A stretch of 64,000 bases of DNA from assembly GCF_006345805.1 (NCBI RefSeq), contig NC_043008.1, positions 60,202,001-60,266,000 of the forward strand, written 5' to 3'. Made by a program: the position numbers and the translations under genes. The stretch is from Octopus sinensis (taxonomy: Eukaryota). The notes under the pieces were generated by a model that ran no database searches, was not told where the DNA came from, and saw only the letters and a program-made list of their open reading frames with translations. Shown here piece by piece: positions 1-17,519 of this stretch (positions within the stretch are counted from its first letter, which is position 1; every line of letters begins with the position of its first letter).

Positions 1-437
1 ATTGGAAATTACTGGGATTTTTTTTCTTTACCTTTCCTCGTTTAATTTTTGCCTTCTTTGCGGGAATATATAGAAATAATACTCCTTTCAAATCTCCTCC
101 AAATTTTATGCCGGCACGGTCTGTATTTATTGCCATACAATAGCAAGCTCCTTTGTCGTATTTAATATGATAACAGATTTCTTTCCGAAAATATTTAATT
201 TTCAATGATTATTATACACCTGCTGTTTTAGAGTGTTAAGAAAATAATTTACGGTCCTTGAAAATCTGACAGTTATCGATGCATGAAAACCCGCCCCTTC
301 AAGGCAACTGATGTTGTCGTGAGGAAATATGGCTATTTCACGGGTGATAAAGTTTAACACTAGTGTCATCCCAGACGTTGGTCTATCCATCCTACAGTTG
401 TATCTTAGTAAAGCTTACTACTAAATTCTTACGACAA

Positions 438-2675
<2,238 letters not shown>

Positions 2676-3530
2676 CTGATGGAGAAAATATATGACCAAT
2701 GGTGTTTTAGTCGTTAATATCTCGTCCATTTTAGGCCTTGGGGATCTAAGACTATATTATCCAATTTGTTTTGTCTTTTTAAAATCAATAATTTTTTGAG
2801 AGATATTTCGCTGCCATTTCTACCACGTACATATATATCATGTCATTGGAAGGGTGTGATACAGCAGAGCATTAATTAAAGGTACGCCAGCTACGACTAA
2901 CCCGTTGTTTTAGGGACTGTCTAGGGCTACGTTATACAACGTATCATTATCTATTATTTTATAAAAAGTTGAATTATGATTTGACTGAAATGTGGCTACT
3001 ATTTCTAGCACACCAAGAACCCACATAGTAGTTCCCCACTGTACACTAGTCGTTGATGTATGTATAGTGGGGCACGGTTGATATGTTATCCTGTGTTGCT
3101 TTTGTTTCCTTTGTATCGGATTCTTGTTTGATATCAACATATATTGATATTATTGTAAACAGTATATTTTGGGTATAATCAGAAAAAAGAAAAAGATATC
3201 AAGTATGAATAAATTATATTTAATTAAGATAGGAATAACATTGTCATCTACTTGGCTGATTAATTATGCAATTCGCTCGACACGGTAATGTTATTGCGTT
3301 GTTTTTTTTATTTGATTTTTGTTTTGTTTCTGTCTCTTATGTTTCAGCACAGTTGATGCTATTCGGTCTGGAGCCGTTCATTGTCATTACGTCCCTTATT
3401 TTTGCCATTCACTCCAGGGCTTTTATAATCTCATTATTATTAATAATATGGTATTGTTATTATTATTATTGTTGTTCCCATTATTGTATTATATTGATGA
3501 CGCTGGTCTTATATCGTTTTTTTTTTTAAT

Positions 3531-3870
3531 TTCTTACCAGCGACATTTCGTTCACTTTTAGGTTCTGAGTTCAGATTCTACCCAGGTAGACTTTGCCTTT
3601 TATCCTATCTAGATCGATAAAATAAGTATCAGTTGAAAACTGGGGTCGACGTAATCGATTCCTTACCCCAGAATTTCAGGGCTCGTGATTATACTAGAAA
3701 TGATTATTTTGCGTGTAAGATGGCAGAATGCTTAGAGCTTCAGGAAAAAAAAAAACAAAAAAACAAAACAAAACAGAATGCCTTTTAGCATTTGTTCCAG
3801 CGTTTTACATTCTAAGTTTAATTCCCGCCAAGGTCAAATTTGTTTTCATCGCAATGTAAGGGACTAACTC
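3531..3870 (+). mobile_element. Two decayed SINE family A copies
   Basis: ttctgagttcag..gactttgcc..ggggtcgac cores. Confidence 0.7.
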
Positions 3871-4862
3871 CCTACCTTCAAAACTGATGGCTTTGAAACT
3901 GACGTTTTTTTGTTTCCAAAATTTATACATCCCTTTTAAATGTTCAAGTGCAGTTAATAATAAGAATATACATACTACACATCAACGCACTTTACACTTA
4001 TGCAACATGTGTTTGGTGGATATTGATACATTTTGTATCGTGAATGAAGTTATACATTCCAGGACTTTCAACAGTTCTGTCTACTTCCAGTTAAATAACG
4101 AGGGGATGTGATTGGTAAAATATATTTTATTTCTCTAAATAAATAAACATGCATTATTTTCTCCTGCTGAGGAACAAATATACAACAGCATACATGGATT
4201 ATCTATTCCCAACAGCATTCCGCCATTCCGACCTCTCGTTTCAAAAAATTTAGCTATACGCCATGTAAAGCCAGTAAATGAGTAAAATACTTTTTTCTCC
4301 ATTTCTAAACATTCCTATGGTCTAATACTTTTGATTAATTATTAGTTTTACATGTTATAACAAATATTAAATAAATAAAATTCAGATGACTAACATAATA
4401 TTGTAACTCTATTGCTATCTTCTATAGAGGATCATATTTGAAGTATGTTGCGAAATCACTAAGTAATAAATATTAGATATGAAAATTTGGCTATATTTCT
4501 TATTGAATTTCAGATTTTTCATTGCTAAATTTATATAAAACATCAACACATCCGCTGGAAAATATAATTTGTCATAGATAGAAACTTCCTTTGCCAAATA
4601 TTCGATATCAGATATGAACATTCGTTTTTCCAAATACCATTTATTAAAAATATCCAAATAGAACATTACGAAATAAAAATAAATATGCTTCTATCAAATA
4701 TTGTATATCAGTTATCAACGTTCCTCTTAAATATCGAATATCAGATATTTGCGTTAGTTTATGCAATATTAGTATAGTAAATATCAAATAATGCCGTACA
4801 GAATATTAAAATAAAAATATATAATAATAATTATTTTCTAAATATCATAAAACAGGCAAACT

Positions 4863-4896
<34 letters not shown>

Positions 4897-5115
4897 TACA
4901 CATATGTATACACACATATATATGTATCTGTTTGTGAGTGTATGTGTTTTTGAATCAATATACACATATATACACATGTATATTCTATATATACAAATAT
5001 GTAAATTGACATACGTATTTTTATATTTGTACACATACACATGTATGGACACACACCCGTATAAAATTATACGCATATATCTCTATGGCTATCTCTATCT
5101 ACATGTGTGTGTGTA

Positions 5116-5150
<35 letters not shown>

Positions 5151-5744
5151 GCTATACGATTAATGAACTTGTTTCAATTGAAATGTAAAAATAATTAATA
5201 AAATACGAATATACAAGTAGAATTAATAAATTAAGAGAGGTAACATTATACACTGTATAGGAGGCATTTCCCCGTATATAATTACATACGTGAATACCTA
5301 CCTTAAATTTTATAAATGTATGTATAAGTAGACATGAATGCAAGACTCACATGCACTCACGTGTGCGTTTACGCTAAATGTTTGCGGTATAAACGTAGAA
5401 AGGCAAAGCTCTGAAGAGGCACGTTTACTAGATTTAGTGATAAAGGTTACCTTTCACTAGTTCACAGAAAAAACACAAACTTCCAGTAATTGCATTCCAA
5501 GTCTACCCTGAATATCGAGTTAGACATTGAGAAGTTGAGAGAGAAAATGGGTTAAAATTTGTATCAAATAGAACAATGAGTAAACAGAATGCCATACATA
5601 CATACACACATACATACATAGTTACATACATATGTATATATACGTATATATACACAAATGTGTGTGATGTGAGAGCGTGTACACAGAAACATGTATTCAA
5701 CACATATATCTACCTATATACATTGGTATATATGTAAAGATACA

Positions 5745-5811
<67 letters not shown>

Positions 5812-5839
5812 GTACACTTACACACGCACACATACACTC

Positions 5840-5870
<31 letters not shown>

Positions 5871-5975
5871 CACATGTATATATACACATACATACATACC
5901 ATACATACATACCATACATACATACATACATACATACATACATACATACATACATACATGCATACATTCATACAC

Positions 5976-6017
<42 letters not shown>

Positions 6018-6744
6018 GAGATTGAGAGACAGGGAGACAGAAAGGAGGAGAAAGCGAGTGACTTTAAGCAAATCACTATCAGACACGAGAAACAATTCGA
6101 TTTTATATATTTTTCAATGCCTGCTTGCTTCTTTATTTTTTCTCTAGCTTCTGTTCAATTAAGAGGTGAAAAAAATTTATAAAGTCTAAAACATACACTA
6201 ATACTGCTTATGTGTGTGAGAGAGAAAGAGAATGAAAATAAATAAAAAGCGAAAAGTTCTGATTTCGACAATATAATGAAATTATTTGTCTGGTCAATAT
6301 TTTGAACACGGTGCGGGTTTTTTTGCTGGCGACTAAAGATATTTTTTTTTCCAGGAGAATGCCACGTATTTCTAGTTCACCATATAATAACAGCCTCGAG
6401 GTCTTCATTCTCTCCTATAATGTCTTAGCCTAATTTCTGACAATGGGTTTTCTCTTCTGAGGTTGATGAAATTGTTACATTAAATATCGTAAATTATGGT
6501 TAAAAGACATTTGAGTTTAATTCATAATTATTTACTTGTGCATTGTCTTTGGAGAATCGCCTTAGGTTTGGCTAATGCAATAAATATACTTATATGTAAA
6601 CACACTAATATATATATATATATATATATGTATGTATATATATGTGTGTGTGTGTACATATATAAATATACATACACACACGTACATATATATATATATA
6701 TATATACATATGTACGTATGAATACATACATACATATATAGATA

Positions 6745-6784
<40 letters not shown>

Positions 6785-6863
6785 CAAATATTTGTCTATC
6801 TCTCCATGTATCTTTCCCTATCTCTCTATCTTTCTGTGTGTGTGTGTAAAACATTACGAATAT

Positions 6864-7013
6864 AGATCGACCCCGGTACGCAATTGGTATTTAATTCATC
6901 GACACCGAGAGGATGAAAGTCGACCTTAGCGGAATTTGAACTCAGTACATAAAGAAAGACGAAATATCACTATGCATTTCGCCTGGCGTGCTAAGATTTC
7001 TGCCAGCTCGCCG
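6864..7013 (-). mobile_element. SINE family A with a ~16-bp target-site duplication
   Basis: Flanks aaaacattacgaatat (6848-6863) and aaaacattaccaatat (7019-7034). Confidence 0.85.
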
Positions 7014-8550
7014 TTTTAAAAACATTACCAATATTAAACAAGAGTTTGCTAATAATAAAATTTCCTACATAGATATCGAACGAATGGTCGAACTCTATAT
7101 AGAATCACTTTATACGGCGAAGTTTTGTATCATAAAATTAGACGTGATCTAAAGCTGGTTCTTATCAATGTAATTAATAAATCACTAATTTATGCTTTAT
7201 GGACATGTTAAGAATCTTACTATCAAGTATTAAAACGACACTTGGACACTAAGCTGTGGTCGAATTTGTTTATTTGTGGTTAAGACATTTAAGCCATCTT
7301 AAGAAATTCTTGGCAATTTATTTGCTTTGACGGTCATACTCAGTTTGTTAGAATGTTTGCGATAATGTTATTCGATAAATTATTAATAATGTAACATCAT
7401 ATTCAGTGTTTTCTAATTCTTAAAATCTCTGCTTCTGAATTACTATAAATACTCTTTTATGATTATCCTCCTGTTTTACTTTTTGTTCGTCTGTGTCTTA
7501 TTCTTCTTCTTTTATTCATCATCGCTATAACTAATATTGTTGTTACTGTCTTTGTTTTGGCATTAGTTTTGAATCTCTCTTCAAAACGATTTAGCTAAGG
7601 AATAATTTCATAAAACAAAATACCGCAAAGCTCTACAACAAGCATGTCTTTCCGGTTAGTAAATCTATTATTTTGTCCTTGGATATCTTTTCCATACCAA
7701 CCTTTTTTTTACACTTATAACCAAAATGCTTAAAATTTCTCCGTGAAACATTAGGTGTAAACACTGTGAAGATTGATTTAAAATGTCTGTAGACATTAGT
7801 CACAGAAATAACATGGTTGTTCGTTATAGCGTGCAGAGAAGAATGCAGAAATACGAGTAAAAATTGAAGATTAATGTTCTTGCTAAGAAAATTGATTGGG
7901 TACTATAAAGTTGTTAGTCTAGAAAAGGAATGGATGTTAGATAAATGATGTAAAATATTCTGCACTTCAGTCCACTTACGTTTTCCTTTTCTTTTTACTG
8001 TTTTAGTTAGTGTTTCCTCTTTTGACAAAGGTAATATTCATCATCAAAATGCTATTTGTGTCATATAAATCGCCTATTTCTTAGTGCATTTGTAATAAAT
8101 CGTTTCTTCGGCTTGTTTCTTGAGTACTTAACTCAATTCTTTCCGTTTGCTATTTTAACGCAACGACTTTTGTTTTTCACCCTTCTTGAATTTAGGAAAT
8201 AGTTGTCATAAATTATTCAAGCAAAAGTGCGCAGATTGTTTGTTATAAACACAGCTGTCTGTTTAACACTTGAGCCTGGACAAGATAAGTTCTGTTCCAC
8301 TTGCTTTAAGTATCATTGATCAGATCAGGAGTTAACACTTTCCAAATAAAAGCCATCAAATTCTCGAAATCTTCACTGCTCACAAAAGCGTAACAATATA
8401 AATTTATTTTTTTGTAGTATTCCCGTAGTCAATTCAAACACTTTCGATGAAACGTTCATGTGTTACTGATGGATAAAAAAAAAAAAAATACACGAAACAG
8501 AGGAAGAAAAAGTAATTAAGCATTCTTTTTTATTCATTGTTTATGGTCGA

Positions 8551-9560
8551 CGGGCTGGCTGAAACGTTAGCAAGCCGGGCGAAATGCGTAGCCGTATTTC
8601 GTCTGCCATTACGATCTGAGTGCAAATTCCGCCGAGGTCGACTCTGCCTTTCATCCTTTCGGGGTCGATTAAATAAGTACCAGTTACGCACTGGGGTCGA
8701 TATAATCGACTTAATCCGTTTGTCTCTCCTTGTTTGTCCCCTCTGTGTTTAGCCCCTTGTGGGCAATAAAGAAATAGGTATTTCGTTTGCCGTTACGTTC
8801 TGAGTGCAAATTCCGCCGAGGTCGATTCTGCCTTTCATCCTTTCGGGGTCGATTAAATAAGTACCAGTTTGTCTCTCCTTGTTTGTCCCCTTTGTGTTTA
8901 GCCCCCTGTGGGCAGTTTAGAAATAGGAAATAAGAAATGTTAGCATGCCGGGCGAAATGCTTAGCAGTATTTTGTCTGTCTTTATGTTCTGAGTTAAAAT
9001 TCCATCGAGGTCAACTTTACGTTTCATACTTTCGAGGTCGATAAATTAAATACCAGTTGTGTACTGGAGTCGATCTAATCCATTGGTTTCCTCCCACCCG
9101 AAAATTTTGGCCCTTATGCCTAGAGCAGAAAAATATTTTGTTTGCACTCGGGGAAAAATGCTTTGCAGAATCTCGTCGGTCTTTAACTTCTGAGTTTAAA
9201 CGTCGCCGTGACCGGCTTTGCCTTTTATTCTTTCGGAGCCGACAAAATAAGCAGTTGAGCACCGGGTCGATATAACCAAATTACTCCGTCCCAGAAATTA
9301 CTGGCCTTGTGCCAAAATTTGAAACCAATAGTTATCCTTACAAGGCGGCACGCTGGCAGAATCGTTAGTACACCGGGGAAAATGCTTAGCAGCATTACGT
9401 CCGTTTTTATGTTCTGAGTTCAAATTCCACCGAGGCCGACTTTGCCTTTCATCCTTTCAGTACCGATAAGATAAGTACAGTACTATTTGATTACTGTGTC
9501 CCATTTAATCGACTCACCACCGCCCTCGGAATTGCGGCCTTCGTGCCTAAATTTGAAACT
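8551..9560 (+). mobile_element. Head-to-tail cluster of ~5 copies of tRNA-derived SINE family A (ggcggcgagctggcagaaacgttagc...)
   Basis: Repeated ctgagttcaaattccgccgaggtcgactttgcctttcatcctttcggggtcgat cores starting near 8551, 8777, 8937, 9145 and 9345. Confidence 0.9.
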
Positions 9561-10775
9561 AAAATATATTGCAGTCTTTCATTTACATTCATATTTGCTA
9601 TATTCATCTGATTGGTATCTTCATAGATTGTTTAACAAACATCTTACTTCTTCCAAAGATTACTTCAATGAGAGAATATGCTTTCTATTTTACTTAGTTT
9701 GAGCTTTTGTTTAAGATATTTTCATCTGTTGTTGTTGTTGTTCGACAGTTTTTATGTTAGACTTAAGATAATTTTAAGGAGTTACTAAAACGCATGAACT
9801 CTAGAACCTACTATTATTCATTTTCCCTTATTGATTTATTGTGTGCAAATTTGTTTCAGCTATGCTATTATCAATGTGAATTAGGCGCACATAAAATAGA
9901 CGCCATATACACTGCATTATTTATTTACCATACATACATACCATCACGGAAACTGCTTTTCTTATATTAATATCTTATTAGGTCTATAGTTTTACTGAAG
10001 GAATAATTTATGGAGCTATGATATGCATGACAGCGATCAGATGCGTGCGTATCGCGTATTCTACAACAAAATCGGGCTGACCACCATATTTCGAGGGAAA
10101 ACGGAACTGATTTCACCATTTCATTTATCTGGTGGGTGAGGTTGGAGATTTCCGACATGTATAATTCTGCTCTATAATAATTATGTACAACAATGAGGTA
10201 GCTTTGAATCTTTACAGTATAGTTAAATAAACCTTTTCTCAAATTTTCCGTCTCGAGTTCGAACTAATTCTAAAACTGGTTAATATAGGTATAGGGGCTG
10301 TTTTACTTAAATGATTAAATTCGTTTCACATCTGCTTGGCCCTTTGTTCGACCTCACTGTGAAGGCATCCGCATAATCAAGCACTCGTATTCTTGTGCAT
10401 TAGAAAAGATGGAATTGGATGGTCACAACGAGAATGGCTTTGATTATATGTCGGCGCATATGGCATGGTTTATGGTTAAGCAACGGCTGCATTATAAATA
10501 TTTCTAACTCTCATATCACATGAATTTCAACTAGAGGAATTTACGATAGCTTTCATTACCGACACGTGTCTTCTTCTATTCATATTAATATTTTCGTATA
10601 ACCAGCAATTGTCGTTCCCTACTGTGTAAAGTTATAAGTATTATTAAATATCCAAACTCCACGGCACACAGATGCTTACGTACATACATACACACAGGCA
10701 TACACCTACATATGAACATATGTTTGTGCATGTGTGTATGCATTTACACATGTAGGAATATATAATAATAATAAC

Positions 10776-10824
<49 letters not shown>

Positions 10825-10842
10825 TTAATAATAATAATAATG

Positions 10843-10888
<46 letters not shown>

Positions 10889-11271
10889 TAATAAAAAGTG
10901 ACAACAAAAGAATGAGACTACGCTATTACGTACATGCACATATATGTTTGTGTGTGTATGTCCATGTACATATACATGTTTGTGTGTGTGTGAACGTATG
11001 TAGATGTTATGAACGCAGGAGGTTTTATGTCTATGCATTGTGAGAATATGGTTGCGTGTATTTTTCATCTTTTTTGTTTTTTTCTTTTTTCTACCTATTA
11101 GAGTAACTTCCCTTTTACTCAACGGATTTTCACAGCGTCTATTGCCATTAACAGCAAACGAGAACGCATGGTAGTTCTTCCCTCCGACATTTGAAACTAC
11201 GATTAATATAGCGACAACTTACTGTTTGTCCTAAATTATTTACAAATATATATATAGATATAGATATATAT

Positions 11272-11609
11272 GCTGCTGAGACCCCTTTTGGTCATGACTG
11301 ACCATGGGATTGCACCTAGAATGTTACCCTTCTAGGCACAAGTCCGGGCAGGTTTGTTTATGGAAGACCAGCAGTCGCCCATGCATACCAGGCTCTCCTC
11401 TCCATGTCACAGATGTTATCCAAGCAAAAGGCAAGGACCGATAAGGCTTGGCACTTGTGACGCCGCAACTCATTTCTACAGCTGAGTTAACTGGAGCAAC
11501 GTGTAATAAAATGTCTTGCTCAAGGACACAACACGCAGTTCGGTCCGGGAACCGAACTCACAACCTCACGATCGTAAGCTCGACACTCTAACCACTGAGA
11601 CATGCGCCC
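11272..11609 (-). mobile_element. tRNA/CORE-like SINE family D
   Basis: Minus head ggcgcatgtctcagtggttagagtgtcgagc..gagttcggttccc, followed by gtgtccttgagcaagacatttt. Confidence 0.85.
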
Positions 11610-11612
11610 TTG

Positions 11613-11664
<52 letters not shown>

Positions 11665-12784
11665 TTGTGTGTGTGTGTGTGTATGTTTGTATGTCTGTAT
11701 GTACATTCATAAGTCTGTATGTATGTAATGATAAACCGGCATATATTCACTGTAGTACACAATTATTGGCATGTATATGACGGGAAAATGCTTATGTACT
11801 TCTGGCAAGTGCTAGCAACTCTAAAAGCTTAATTAAGGCGATTTCAATAAATCAACAATTAATTTCTCGATTTAATTTGCATATTTAACGAAAGGCCAGT
11901 CTGGTTTTGTCTGCAAGCAAGGAACATTTCTAATTGTGTTGTTCTGTTTAATTAGTAATTTGCATAATCAAAACGAAAAAGATTTAAATGAAATAACTCA
12001 GACAGGCGAATGGCGTGAAACATTTTCATATCATAGTATTTCTGTGCAAAAAAGTATCGGTTGGTTGCAAGTGTTCGGAGAACGGTTCTTATTTCAGAGA
12101 TTTTAGATCTCTTAGATGGACTGCCTTCATTACGGCTAATTAGCACGATCATCACTTGACTACATTTGATCACCGTTCACTCAACTGGGTTCCTCCGCCT
12201 ATGGACAGGTCTTGTTTTTCATCCAGCAGTGTGTCCAAAAATGGTCCTTCTCCTCAAGCATGCTTAGTGCGGTTGTCGGTTTAGTTGCCGACGCCCTGCC
12301 CACGCAAATGGTTGCATTGGATTACTTGTCAGCAGTAGCATTAGACGGACCTACGCACAAACATGTATATGTGTGTGCGGGTGGGGTGGTAATCGTCGGC
12401 GTTATCGTCGTTATTGTTGACATTGTTGTTGTTTTGTGTGTGAGCGTGTGTGTGTGGCGTGGTGAAATCCTTTTATGAATACCCAGATGCCTGTTTTAGG
12501 ATAAATGGTGCCATGTCGAAACCGTTCCATTTTCATAATTTTTTAATGAACTGGATTGACATACACTGCCAATGTAGAATTGCTTTCACAATCGGTCGGC
12601 TGATATTTACAGACGTCAATGTGTTACTTGGTCCATCTGAAATGAATCTAGCATGCACTGAATGGGTTCAATGTGCGCTGCTGTAAATTAAATCAAGGAT
12701 GAGAATTAGTGTTACGATGACTGACACTTTCGTCCCCTCAAGAAACACGTCCTACTATACACTGCTTGTTAGTGCAACATCACT

Positions 12785-12865
12785 GAAAGAGTTGGAGAAT
12801 TTTAAGTATCTCGGAGTCGTATTCATGAGTAATGGAAGGCAGGATACTATATTAAAAGCAGGGAG
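12785..12865 (+). mobile_element. Small non-LTR RT fragment (RTE-like)
   Basis: KELENFKYLGVVFMSNGR. Confidence 0.55.
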
Positions 12866-12881
12866 AGTGGGTGGCGAGGAT

Positions 12882-12951
<70 letters not shown>

Positions 12952-13384
12952 GTATGCATGCATATATATATATGCATAGATACAACTTTATAGATGCGCG
13001 TGTATATTTGAATTTGTGTACATATGCACATATTGTTATGCATGAATATATAGCACTAGTAGCGATAAGCAGTGTTGAGAGGCATCTCCTACTGAATAAG
13101 GCTAAATATCCATAAACGTGTCCAGGAATAATATAGGAGTGAAATTGAGCAGATAAGTTGTTTGCACACATTTTACCATAAGCGAGAAATTCTCCACCGC
13201 GGTAAAATGCAGTGAGTTTTGCATTGAGAGGTTAAGATATGTAGTAATCATATATGAACTAATCTAAAATGTGGGTATAAACGTAACAAATGTCGAACAC
13301 TGCAATGTGAAATGGTTAAGATGAATGAAGAGAACTGCGGTAAACGGATTATCACTATTTTACATATATATATATATATATATA

Positions 13385-13432
<48 letters not shown>

Positions 13433-13605
13433 TTATATATGGGTATGTATGTATATATGCAATTACAGATATAAATATACAAATATAAATTTTATGTATA
13501 TGTCTATATATATATGCATACGTATATATATATATGCATATGTATATATATATATGCATATGTATATATATATAATGCCTATGTATGTATATATATATAC
13601 ATATG

Positions 13606-13639
<34 letters not shown>

Positions 13640-13801
13640 TATGTATATATATATATATACATATATATATATGCATTTGCATATGTATTTATATATATAT
13701 GCATATGTGTATATATATATATGCATATGTATATATATATACATATGTATATATATATATGCATATGTATTATATGTATAATATATATATACATATATAT
13801 A

Positions 13802-13856
<55 letters not shown>

Positions 13857-14353
13857 CATATGTCTTCTCCATCATTATTTAAGAACACTGGTGATGGCTA
13901 AGCGCTGACACACTAACATGGAAATGGAAATGTTAAATATATCACGTATTAAATCTCGAACATAAAAGCCAGATGTAAATCGTGCTTAATCAATAAAAGG
14001 CTCAAATTGCATTTTATATGCTGGTATAAAGGAATATGTTTAGTGGTAAAATGCAGAGAAAGACTAAGAAAATAAGGAAGCCTACTTCTCTTGGAAATTA
14101 AATTTGGGAACTGGGGAAAATCATATATTGATGTTCTTTTTATTAACTATACAATTTACACACTGAAATTATTCAGAGATGCGTACTTTTCTCTATGCCA
14201 TATACTCTTCTGCATTGCATATATATGTATACAAAGAGTCCTTCCCGAGCCATAATATCATAAGACCTATTTCCTGGATTCTGTGGCATATATACATTAT
14301 TCAGTTGGCGGAATGCTGGTCCGTGGCAGGATTTGTAAGCAAAAACACGCATG

Positions 14354-14384
<31 letters not shown>

Positions 14385-14424
14385 ATATATGTATATGTGA
14401 ATTAGAAAAAAAATCTTACATATA

Positions 14425-14473
<49 letters not shown>

Positions 14474-14611
14474 TAATATTATATATATATATGTGGTGTG
14501 TGTGTGTGTGTGCGTGTTTGTATGTGAATATATATTATATTTTGTGAAATTTGATTTAGTATTTCTTAATTGAATTTTTCCCTGTAAGTTAGGAATAATA
14601 CTCCCTCATAT

Positions 14612-14663
<52 letters not shown>

Positions 14664-14958
14664 ATATATATATTTGTGTGTGTGTGTCTGTGTTTGTCAC
14701 TCTCCATCAATTGTCAGCCGATATGATGTGTTTACGTCCCCGTGACTTTACGATTCGGCAAAAGACCCGACAGAATAAGTACTAGACTTACAAAGAATAA
14801 GTTCTGGGGGTCGATTTGTTCGACTAAAGGCGGTGCTCCAGCATGACCGCAGTGAGATACCTGAAACAAGTAAAATCTAAAGGAATATGTATATCTATGC
14901 ATGCATACACGTACAGAGTGTATATACATACATATATATATATTTATATATATATATA

Positions 14959-15019
<61 letters not shown>

Positions 15020-15814
15020 GTATGTGAATACATCTCTGTTGATGTATTTATTACTGAAAACTTTGGCATACTACTCAGAGTTTCACGCTGGGCTTGGCTG
15101 TTCACGACCTGTCTGTTCTCTCTATGCAACGTATTGAGTTCTGTCTATGATAGTGTTTAATTTGCGCTACATATATTTTTTTAATATATCTTACAGCCCT
15201 TCCATTGCGATGCAGACATCGCACCGCAGGTGCATACACATGTTTACATCGGGAAAGTGGAGAAGCTTCGAGAATGTGAAATATATCTTTTGAAAGATGA
15301 GTTTCAAAGCAAATAGGGTTATAAAAAATATGTCAAACATTTCGAGCTTTTTTCTACGTAAATGTTTTTTGAATATCTCTATACTGTGTATATGTGAGTG
15401 TATGTGTGTATGTCTGTCTGCGTGTGTGTGTGTTTTGTTAAGAGAGTAATAAAGTACTGTATGAAGCACATCCACCTTCAGATTTCACAGGTGTTATCAA
15501 GTAGTAGTATCACACACATGGCCAGATATGTGTTAAGGCTCCTGTAGTGTGTGAATGGATAATTGAATAAGTTGGAGTCAACAAGGAGTACAGTTGGACA
15601 TTTATTTGTAAAACAGTTATATAACCAAATTCCTGCAAGTCTGGAGAGCAACCTAGCGTGGAAACAATAGTAGTGATTACTTATAAATGTCCAACTGTAC
15701 TCCATCTCGTTGACTCAAATTTATCCAACTATATATATATATATATATGTATATATTCACACACATATATATAAATATATATATGCATTTAATACATTTA
15801 TATATACATATAAA

Positions 15815-16045
15815 GGCTGCAAGCTGGCAGAAGCGTTAGCACGCCGGGCGAATTGCGTAGCCGTATTTCGTCTGCCGTTACGTTCTGGGTTCAAATTCCG
15901 CCGAGATCGACTTTGCCTTTCATCCTTTCGGGGTCGATAAATTAAGTACCAGTTACGCACTGGGGTCGATATAATCGACTTAATCCGTTTGTCTGTCCTT
16001 ATTTGTCCCTTCTGTGTTTAGCACCTTGTGGGTTGTAAAGAAATA
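15815..16045 (+). mobile_element. SINE family A, full length
   Basis: Matches the other family A copies. Confidence 0.9.
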
Positions 16046-16148
16046 TATATATATACATATAGATATATAAATATATTAAATGCATATATATATATTTATA
16101 TTTATGTGTGTGTGAATATATACATATATGTAAATATATATGGGTCTT

Positions 16149-16212
<64 letters not shown>

Positions 16213-16631
16213 GTGTGTGTGTGTGTGTGTGGTGTGTGTGTGTGTGTGTGCGTTTGTGTCTAGGTCTACGCAAATCCCAGTAGATACAAATTCGTAATTA
16301 TATAGCGCAGGGGAAATAAGCTATTGAATGAAAGTTAGTTAAATATTCAACAGTTTAGTATGCGGCGCTCAGGATTTTAGCTGTTTCAGCAGAATTGCAT
16401 TCGTCCTTTAATGCCGACTGCAAAACGGAAAAGAGTGTTCTATTGTTCTAAATTCATTATAAAGTTGACGAAGGTTTTGCATCGGTAAAATACTTAGCAA
16501 TATTTTTGGTCTTTATAATCCATGACGTCTATTAAGGAAACATAAATATTTAATCAAAATGTTTATACTCATAGCTGTGTCTTTAACTTTTAAAAAAATA
16601 AGCTGTTTAAATAATTTCTGTGCATATAATA

Positions 16632-16726
<95 letters not shown>

Positions 16727-17119
16727 AGACTTGCACCACCTATATAAACATTGTTTGAATTCTGTGCCAAATTTGTAGAAAATTATTATAGGATTTTAGT
16801 GTCGTTCTATGGAAACACCACATTTATGTCACTGAATTCATGTTTCATAAAATACATAAAATTGATTTATGTTTCTAATTTAGCTAATTCTACTGTTACC
16901 AGCTTTTCTTTCTGTTGCTATTGGGTGGCTGACAAATTCGATAGATTAACGGACGAATCGTGGTGCTTTGTCACTTTTCACTTTGACTTCGAATCCTAAT
17001 GAGAATAACATTGCCTTTTATGTTTGCAAGGTCGCTAAAATAAATGTCATGTAGTGAGGTCGATAATATACGATTATATCCTCTTCGAGAATAAGTGGCA
17101 TCATTATATATTAGAAATA

Positions 17120-17470
17120 TGGCGGCGAGCTGCCAGAAACGTTAGCACGCCGGGCGAAATGCTTAGCCCTATTTCGTCTGCCGCTACGTTCTGAGTTCAA
17201 AATTCCACCGAGGTCGACTTTGCTATTCATCCTTTCAGGGTCGATAAATTAAGTACCAGTTACTGCACTGGGGTCGATATAATGGACTTAATTCGTTTGT
17301 CTGTCCTTGTTTGTCCCCTCTGTGTTTAGCCCTTTGTGGGCAATAAAGAAATATATATTTATGAGTTCAAATTCCGCTGAATTTGTTTTTGCCTTTCATC
17401 CTTTCAGGTTCAATAAAAATATGTCATTCTATAGCCCTTCCCCCTAATCGTCAAGCCTTGTGCCTATGGT
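17120..17470 (+). mobile_element. SINE family A, full copy plus a partial second copy
   Basis: Matches the other family A copies. Confidence 0.9.
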
Positions 17471-17519
17471 AGAAGTATTATTATATGTTAGAAAGTAATA
17501 TATATATATATTATCCCAG

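Noticed and set aside
8551-9560. CRISPR-like or satellite interpretation of the regularly repeated units
   Set aside because: The units are SINE bodies without unique spacers, in eukaryotic DNA.
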